A DNA stretch of 64,000 bases, from NCBI GenBank assembly GCA_003229305.1, contig QIDH01000093.1, forward strand, positions 9,756 through 73,755, given 5' to 3'. The notes under the pieces were generated by a model. It ran no database searches. It had not been told where the DNA came from and was given only the letters and a program-made list of their open reading frames with translations. Shown here one piece after another: positions 58,390 to 64,000 of this stretch; within the stretch, counting starts at the first letter, position 1, and every line of letters starts with the position of its first letter. The position numbers were made by a program, and so were the translations under genes. The stretch is from Acidimicrobiia bacterium (lineage in GTDB: Bacteria; Actinomycetota; Acidimicrobiia; Spongiisociales; Spongiisociaceae).

Positions 58390-59424
58390 ATGGAACAGAT
58401 TCTTACGCCTGAAGGAACCCTCATTGCCGATTCGCCGCTCGGCGTAGACGATGTCCGTCGACTGTACCGGTCCATGGTTGCCGCTCGTCTATTCGACCGG
58501 AAGTCGGTAGCTCTACAAATGCAAGGGAGGCTGGCCACCTACGCCCCGTTCGAAGGTCAGGAGGCCGCTCAGGTTGGCTCGGCTGCCGCAATGCGCTCGG
58601 ACGACTGGATGGTGGCCACGTATCGGGACGCGGCGGCAATGTGGATGCAGGGATACCCGTGGGAGTCGTTGTTCCTGTGGCGGTCAGGAGATGAACGGGG
58701 CGGTCGACCGCCGGATGATGTTCCGGTGCTTCCTCCTTCGATCACTGTCGGCGCCCACATGCTCCATGCGGTGGGCCTTTCCTGGGCGGCCAAATTGCAA
58801 GGTCGTGACACGGCCTCGGTGACCTACTTCGGGGACGGGGCGACCTCGGAGGGCGACTTTCACGAAGCCATGAATTTCGCCTCCGTGTACAGCACTGGCA
58901 CGGTGTTCGTCTGCCAGAACAACGGTTACGCGATATCGATGCCGACCGACCGCCAGACCAGTTCAGACACGATTGCCCAAAAGGCCGACGCCTATGGGAT
59001 GCCTGGGGTGCTCGTCGATGGAAATGATCTGCTGGCGATGTATGACGCGACCTCTGTTGCCCTCGCACGGGCCAGGGCTGGCGATGGTCCAACCCTCATC
59101 GAAGCCCTGACCTACCGGATTGGCCCACACACAACTAATGATGACCCCGGCCGCTACCGCCAACGAAGGGAAGAAGACGAGTGGCGGCTCAAGGATCCGA
59201 TCGAAAGGGTGCGTCGGTATTTGGAGGCTATGGGCGTCTGGGATCCGGCCTGGCAGGCAGAAATCGAAAACGTCGAATCCGAGGTCATCGAGTCGGCAGT
59301 CGGCCAGGCCGAGGCAGTCGAATCTCAAGATCTCGAAATGATGTTCGGCGGAATGTTCGAGACTCCGACTCAGAACCTGATCGCCCAGCGCGAGCTCATG
59401 CGCCCCCACCTGGAGGGCGAGTGA
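58390..59424 (+). CDS. 2-oxoacid dehydrogenase E1 component alpha subunit (TPP-dependent; BkdA/PdhA/AcoA-like)
   Basis: TPP-binding motif (GDGATSEGDFHEAMNFA...VCQNNGYAIS). Confidence 0.85.
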   Translation: MEQILTPEGTLIADSPLGVDDVRRLYRSMVAARLFDRKSVALQMQGRLATYAPFEGQEAAQVGSAAAMRSDDWMVATYRDAAAMWMQGYPWESLFLWRSGDERGGRPPDDVPVLPPSITVGAHMLHAVGLSWAAKLQGRDTASVTYFGDGATSEGDFHEAMNFASVYSTGTVFVCQNNGYAISMPTDRQTSSDTIAQKADAYGMPGVLVDGNDLLAMYDATSVALARARAGDGPTLIEALTYRIGPHTTNDDPGRYRQRREEDEWRLKDPIERVRRYLEAMGVWDPAWQAEIENVESEVIESAVGQAEAVESQDLEMMFGGMFETPTQNLIAQRELMRPHLEGE

Positions 59425-60401
59425 TGGTCGTGATGAACCTGGCAGAAGCCATCGGCTCTGGCCTCGACGATGCTCTGTCAAACGATGATCGAGTCGTTCT
59501 GCTCGGCGAGGATGTCGGGCGCAACGGCGGTGTCTTCAGGGTGAGTAGTGGACTCCAGGAGCGCCACGGCGAGAACAGAGTGATCGACACCCCCGTGGCC
59601 GAATCGGGCATTGTCGGCACTGCAGTGGGATTGGCGATCGGCGGGATGCGCCCGATCGTCGAGATCCAGTTCATGGGTTTTTCGTACCCGGCCTTCGACC
59701 AGATCGCCTCTCATGTCGCCCGCATGCGGAACCGATCGAGGCACCGATTCACCGTCCCGATGGTCATCCGTCTGCCATACGGCGGAGGGATCGGCGCGGC
59801 GGAGCACCACAGCGAGTCGAATGAGGCGATCTATGTGAACACGCCCGGCCTCAAGGTGGTCGTGCCATCTACGCCTTACGACGCCAAAGGCCTGCTCACG
59901 AGCGCGGTCGCCGATCCGGATCCGGTGATCTTCTTGGAGCCGATCCGCTTGTACAGGGCAGTCAAAGAGGAGGTTCCCGGTGAACCTTTTGACGTACCGA
60001 TCGGTCAGGCGAGAATCATCCAAGCAGGTGAAGATGTAACGATCATCACCTACGGGGCGATGACCAAAGAATGCAGAGCGGCGGCCCAACAACTCGATAC
60101 CGAAGGGGTGTCCGCCGAGGTGATCGATGTCAGGACACTGGTACCCCTAGATGTGGAGACATTGGTGACTTCGGTGACCAAGACCGGCAGGGCGGTGGTC
60201 GTCAACGAAGCCGCCAGAACGGGCGGATACGCAGCGGAGATCGTCGCTCAACTTCAGCACGAGGTCCTCTTTTCCTTGGAGGCTCCGGTTGAACGGGTCA
60301 CCGGATGGGATACCGTGTTCCCGTTGAAGAAGACAGAGTCCTATTACCTGCCGAGCGTCGCCAGAATCGTGGCTGCCGCCCGAACAACCTTGGAGGCGTG
60401 A
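59424..60401 (+). CDS. 2-oxoacid dehydrogenase E1 component beta subunit
   Basis: TGATG one-nucleotide overlap with E1alpha. Transketolase-like pyrimidine-binding and C-terminal domains (MNLAEAIGSGLDDAL...LLGEDVG). Confidence 0.85.
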   Translation: MVVMNLAEAIGSGLDDALSNDDRVVLLGEDVGRNGGVFRVSSGLQERHGENRVIDTPVAESGIVGTAVGLAIGGMRPIVEIQFMGFSYPAFDQIASHVARMRNRSRHRFTVPMVIRLPYGGGIGAAEHHSESNEAIYVNTPGLKVVVPSTPYDAKGLLTSAVADPDPVIFLEPIRLYRAVKEEVPGEPFDVPIGQARIIQAGEDVTIITYGAMTKECRAAAQQLDTEGVSAEVIDVRTLVPLDVETLVTSVTKTGRAVVVNEAARTGGYAAEIVAQLQHEVLFSLEAPVERVTGWDTVFPLKKTESYYLPSVARIVAAARTTLEA

Positions 60402-60403
60402 AG

Positions 60404-61609
60404 ATGGCGTTGGAGTTCCTGCTCCCAGACATCGGTGAGGGGCTCACCGAAGCTCAGATCGTCAAGTGGTTGGTTGAGCCTGGCCAGCCGGTCGGCCTCG
60501 ACGAGCCGCTGGTCGAATTGGAAACCGACAAGGCGGTCGTTGAGATTCCCGCGCCCGTCGCCGGTCTGCTCCTTCATCAGGGCGCTAGCGCAGGCGAAAT
60601 GCTGGATGTTGGCAAGATTCTGGCGGTCATCGGCGAGCCTGGAGAGAAGTGGGGGAACGAAGATCCCGGCGGGTCTGGAGACGCGCCGCTGGTTGGGACG
60701 CTGAGCGACGACGCAGAGATTCTGGAGAGTCGCTCGTCGAATGCGGCTCCGAAATCCAGCGTGCCACAGGCGCTCCCACTTGTCCGCAAGCTTGCCCGTC
60801 AGCATGGTGTCGACCTCGCGTCCGTCTCCGGCAGCGGCCCAGATGGTCGCATTACCCGCGAAGACGTCATGGCGATGGTCGGACAACCCGAAATCAGCCC
60901 GCCGTCTTCGATCCGTGCAGTTGTCGCGACGGAAGACGAGAGAGTCAAGATGTCGATGTTGCGCCGGACCATCGCCAAACACATGACTGGCGCCTGGGCC
61001 GAGATACCTCACGTGACGACGTTCGACACCGTTGATGCTGGACGGCTGCTCGCAGCCCGCCGCGCCCTTGCCGAGCGGTCGGGTTTGCCCTTTCCAATGG
61101 AAGCACTGGTCATCAGGGCTCTGATTCCCGCGCTCAGAGCCTTCCGTGAGTTCAACGCAACCTTGGACCAGGACGAGCTCATCCTGCACTCTGCGATGGA
61201 TATCGGAATTGCCGTGGACACAAATGACGGACTCCTCGTGCCGGTTGTCCGTGGTTCGGACCGACTGGCCACCCTCGATCTGGCGGCCAGCATTGTCGAC
61301 CTCGGCGCGAGAGGAAAGGCGCGCACCCTCAAACCAGAAGAGTTCGTCGGTGCAACGTTCACCCTCTCCAACATCGGTGCGGTTGGCGGAGGTTTCGGCA
61401 CCCCCATCATCCCGCTTGGTACCACTGCCATCCTCTCGATCGGCAAGGCAGAAGAGGCGCCCGTCGTGAGGGACGGTCGACTGGGGGTCGCCACGATGAT
61501 GCCGATCTCCCTCAGCTACGACCACAGGGTCATCGACGGGGGCCTCGGCAGGCGTTTCACGAAGATGCTGATGGAAAACCTCGAAGAGCCTGCATTGTTC
61601 CTGGCCTGA
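60404..61609 (+). CDS. Dihydrolipoamide acyltransferase E2 component (single lipoyl domain)
   Basis: Lipoyl domain (LVELETDKAVVEIPAP), a peripheral subunit-binding domain and a catalytic domain (DHRVIDG). Starts 3 nt after the E1beta stop. Confidence 0.85.
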   Translation: MALEFLLPDIGEGLTEAQIVKWLVEPGQPVGLDEPLVELETDKAVVEIPAPVAGLLLHQGASAGEMLDVGKILAVIGEPGEKWGNEDPGGSGDAPLVGTLSDDAEILESRSSNAAPKSSVPQALPLVRKLARQHGVDLASVSGSGPDGRITREDVMAMVGQPEISPPSSIRAVVATEDERVKMSMLRRTIAKHMTGAWAEIPHVTTFDTVDAGRLLAARRALAERSGLPFPMEALVIRALIPALRAFREFNATLDQDELILHSAMDIGIAVDTNDGLLVPVVRGSDRLATLDLAASIVDLGARGKARTLKPEEFVGATFTLSNIGAVGGGFGTPIIPLGTTAILSIGKAEEAPVVRDGRLGVATMMPISLSYDHRVIDGGLGRRFTKMLMENLEEPALFLA

Positions 61610-61629
61610 CTAGGGAATATCAGTTCTTC

Positions 61630-61648
61630 CGTCGAGCGAAGCTCGACG
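61630..61648. terminator. Perfect 8-bp stem hairpin downstream of the E2 gene (terminator-like, no U-tract)
   Basis: CGTCGAGC-gaa-GCTCGACG is a perfect palindrome 21 nt after the E2 stop. Confidence 0.35.
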
Positions 61649-61879
61649 TCTGGAGGGGGGTGTCGGACCCTGGCAAGTATGTGGGTTGTGGGTTGGACTC
61701 GGGTCGTATTCTCATGGTGGGTGCCGCCCCCTCCTGATTCAGCAGCGAGCTGCTTCATCGTCCTCCCCCAACGCCTCGTCCTCTCGGAGCCTCGACTTCG
61801 TCGAGGTGGGGAGGAGATGTTCGGGCAAGATCTCGAAGTTGCGCACCGCCTACATCAGCACAATCGGCTGTGGCTGTGG

Positions 61880-63352
61880 CTAGACCGGACCTGGTTCCAG
61901 GCCCTCGTAGGGGCTCATCGTGATGGTTGCGGCAACCGCTTTGAGATTGACTGTCAGCTGACACCAGTCCCGATCATTCTCCCAACGCATCGTGAGCTCA
62001 TCTCCGGCCGATGCAGAGATCATCGAGTGTTTGGATTGGAAGGCCGGGTGCATGGACCGGATTTCCAGCAGGCGACGTTGCCGCTGGGTCACATCGGATT
62101 TGAGCGCCCGACGAGCCTCGTCCACGTCGTAGTTGGTCCGGTTGATAGATCGACCCTCGCCGGATTCGTCCACAGCTTCGTGGTCGTTTGTTCCGCCGAG
62201 TAGACCTTGGTAATAGACCTGGGGTCTGCCGGGGCCGAAAACTTGGACCGCCCTGGCGATGGCGAGCCCGTCCTCGCCTCCCGCCGCGTCGAGGTAGGCG
62301 ATGTTCACCTGATGGACGTCGAAGTCGATACCCCGTTGCTTCGCCCCGAGGATCCGGTTGAGATTGGCACCCCGTTCGCTCAGCACGTCGCAAAGGGCGA
62401 TCAGGTCTTCGTGCGGGGCAGCCCCAACCAGATCGGGCTGGATTGGGATGCCATCGTGTGTATCGAGGGTGGTTACCACCTTGGCCGGCAAGGTCGACAG
62501 GTGCTCGGCCAGGCGGCCGGACGACCCTCTCCTGAGAGCGTCGAGCATGATGCCGGGGAGGATGAAGTCGTACCGAGAGTACCCGCGAGCATCCAATGCT
62601 TTGATCTTGTCTGAGCCCGCGTGTATCTCAGGCAGGACCGCTAGGCCGTGCCGACCGGCGGTTTCTGAGAGGCTGCTCAAAATATCCCATATCTCGGGTT
62701 CGACCATGAATGAGGACGTACCGGCACGTTTCGACAGATAGCCGACGGCATCCAGCCGTATTTCAGCGGCGCCTGCCGAAGCAAGACTGTGGAACCACGA
62801 GTCGTACTTCTTGCGGGTAAGTGGGGACTCCCAGTCGAGATCGATCTGTTCGCTCTCGTTGCGGGTGGTTCCGAATGTCGCCCACACGACCTCCTTCGCT
62901 CCGGTTTGCTCGATTTCCAATTCGAGGAAGGGGTCGCCTGGCTTCCGCAGGAAGATCGCGTCCAGGTCCTCGTCTGGGATGGAGCCGTTTGGCCACAGCT
63001 TGTCTGGTCGCATGAACATGTCTGCGTGTTCCGAGGCGCGCCCGTAGATGGCGAAGTCGCGAAACTCGGCGGATTGGGCAGAGTGGTGGTTGACCATCAC
63101 GTCGAGCGTCAGCGGAGCAAGGGAGGCGAGCTCCTCCAGGTCCTCCCAACTGCCGAAGGCCGGGTCGATTTGGTCGTAGCGGGTCGGCGCGAACCCGCGG
63201 TCGGCCGAGGACGGAAACGGCGGTAGGAGGTGGGTGCCCCCGGTGAACCAGCCGTTCATCTCGGATCTCAGCAGCTCGTTGAGTCTGCCGATCGATCCAC
63301 CAAACGAATCGGGGTAAGTGATCAGCTGCGGGCGTCTGTCAAATTCTTGCAC
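61880..63352 (-). CDS. GH13_18 sucrose phosphorylase-like glucoside phosphorylase
   Basis: N-terminal block (LITYPDSFGG...LLPPFPSSADRGFAPTRYDQIDPAFGSWEDL) and GH13 catalytic regions. 490 aa. Confidence 0.8.
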   Translation of the reverse strand: MQEFDRRPQLITYPDSFGGSIGRLNELLRSEMNGWFTGGTHLLPPFPSSADRGFAPTRYDQIDPAFGSWEDLEELASLAPLTLDVMVNHHSAQSAEFRDFAIYGRASEHADMFMRPDKLWPNGSIPDEDLDAIFLRKPGDPFLELEIEQTGAKEVVWATFGTTRNESEQIDLDWESPLTRKKYDSWFHSLASAGAAEIRLDAVGYLSKRAGTSSFMVEPEIWDILSSLSETAGRHGLAVLPEIHAGSDKIKALDARGYSRYDFILPGIMLDALRRGSSGRLAEHLSTLPAKVVTTLDTHDGIPIQPDLVGAAPHEDLIALCDVLSERGANLNRILGAKQRGIDFDVHQVNIAYLDAAGGEDGLAIARAVQVFGPGRPQVYYQGLLGGTNDHEAVDESGEGRSINRTNYDVDEARRALKSDVTQRQRRLLEIRSMHPAFQSKHSMISASAGDELTMRWENDRDWCQLTVNLKAVAATITMSPYEGLEPGPV

Positions 63353-63466
63353 CAGACCAAGTAAGCGCTTTCAACCCGGAAGGTCAAGCCTGGAGCAGCA
63401 TCCCAGGGCCAGGTCCTTGTAATCGCTTGCAACGCCAGTCGCCAGTTAAACTTTGAGCCGCTAGAG

Positions 63467-64000
63467 GTGAACGCATTGAGTAATGACAGGCGCAACAACA
63501 TCGAGGACGTGGCCAGGGAGGCCAGGGTTTCCACCGCGACGGTGAGTCGCGCTCTGCGCGGCATGCCCAACGTTGCGCCATCGACTCGGGAAAGAGTGCG
63601 CAAGGCCGCTCGGCTACTCGAGTATCGAGCCGACCCGACCGCATCGCGGTTGGCGAGCGGTCGCACAAATACAGTCGCCATGGTCGTGCCCATCCTTGAT
63701 GGCTGGTACTTCGCAACTGTGATGGCCGGTGCCGAGGGTGTCCTGACCGACAGGGGCTACGAACTCCTCGTCTTCGTAGCCGGTGACGAGGAGGCGAGGA
63801 GCCGGCTGATCATGAGCTCGAGGCTGAGGGGGGCTGACGGGATGATTCTCGTCGATGTTGCTCTCACCGAGGCCGAAGCCGGAACCCTGCTCCAATTGGG
63901 TGGGCCCATCGTGAGCGTTGGTATGGAGTTTGGCGGTTTCACGAGTGTGGTTGTGGACGATGTCGAGATCGGCAGGAGCGCGACCCAGCACTTGGTGGAT
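63467..64000 (+). CDS. LacI-family transcriptional regulator (partial, runs off the window end)
   Basis: GTG start. N-terminal HTH (IEDVAREARVSTATVSRALRG) and the start of a periplasmic-binding-like domain. Divergent from the GH13 gene. Confidence 0.7.
   Translation, partial: MNALSNDRRNNIEDVAREARVSTATVSRALRGMPNVAPSTRERVRKAARLLEYRADPTASRLASGRTNTVAMVVPILDGWYFATVMAGAEGVLTDRGYELLVFVAGDEEARSRLIMSSRLRGADGMILVDVALTEAEAGTLLQLGGPIVSVGMEFGGFTSVVVDDVEIGRSATQHLVD

Noticed and set aside
1-64000. CRISPR arrays, rRNA/tRNA genes, integrase or transposase genes.
   Set aside because: Scanned intergenic regions and repeats. No short regularly spaced direct repeats, no tRNA-like cloverleaf candidates in the gaps, and no recombinase motifs were seen. 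The only repeats are the palindromic MITE-like family and the SLH tandem duplication.

Overview
This window reads as a high-GC (~65%) Actinobacteria-like chromosomal segment. It is densely coding on both strands, and many genes are translationally coupled through ATGA/GTGA/TTGA overlaps. No rRNA, tRNA or CRISPR array was seen.

Housekeeping genes include dapB, dapA, RNase J, FtsK, the Lhr helicase, a 2-oxoacid dehydrogenase E1alpha/E1beta/E2 set, Ppx/GppA, a cyclophilin and two two-component systems.

Five regions stand out:

- **Respiratory operon (18.1-24.8 kb, minus strand).** A DOMON/EB_dh-like lipoprotein, a Tat-signal NrfC/PsrB-like 4Fe-4S protein, an NrfD/PsrC-like membrane subunit and a membrane-anchored monoheme cytochrome c form one operon. 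A NarL/NarX-type two-component pair sits upstream and a thiol-redox trio for cytochrome c maturation (Grx-like, CcdA, TlpA-like) lies beside it. This is a minimal alternative-complex-III-like quinol:cytochrome c module with an unusual extra subunit.
- **Low-GC island (~16.56-17.48 kb).** At ~53% GC it carries a PD-(D/E)xK nuclease-like gene. It truncated a sulfide:quinone oxidoreductase gene, leaving a 3' remnant with at least three frame changes; one is at a G6 run. A terminator-isolated standalone HD-GYP gene lies next to it.
- **Nucleobase catabolism supercluster (39.3-50.7 kb).** Two divergent operons meet at an AT-rich promoter/operator region carrying a direct repeat ACAAAATGT. One operon encodes a PucR-like regulator, a CDA-fold deaminase and an XDH-family enzyme with reverse-order fused FAD and 2Fe-2S domains. 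The other encodes an N-carbamoyl hydrolase, an FAD-less FeS-Mo hydroxylase (XdhD-like), an SsnA-like amidohydrolase and a PreA/DPD-like FeS flavoprotein. This resembles the functionally unresolved E. coli ygfK-ssnA-xdhD module combined with reductive-pyrimidine-type steps.
- **Orphan CobS/CobT-like pair (30.0-33.2 kb).** The AAA_5 ATPase has an atypical Walker A (GTGKD). Its von Willebrand factor A (vWA) partner carries an HExxH motif.
- **Small hairpin-rich repeat family.** The perfect palindrome GTCGCTATAGCGAC occurs in a MITE-like element with terminal inverted repeats at 11.16-11.36 kb. Two inverted copies bracket an AbiEi_4/DUF559 gene at 37.06-38.24 kb.

Smaller observations are an ABC exporter with no canonical start codon for its conserved N-terminus, a 174-bp tandem repeat encoding SLH domains in a surface SGNH-like hydrolase, and an ECF sigma/anti-sigma pair whose anti-sigma has an Ig-like-repeat ectodomain.
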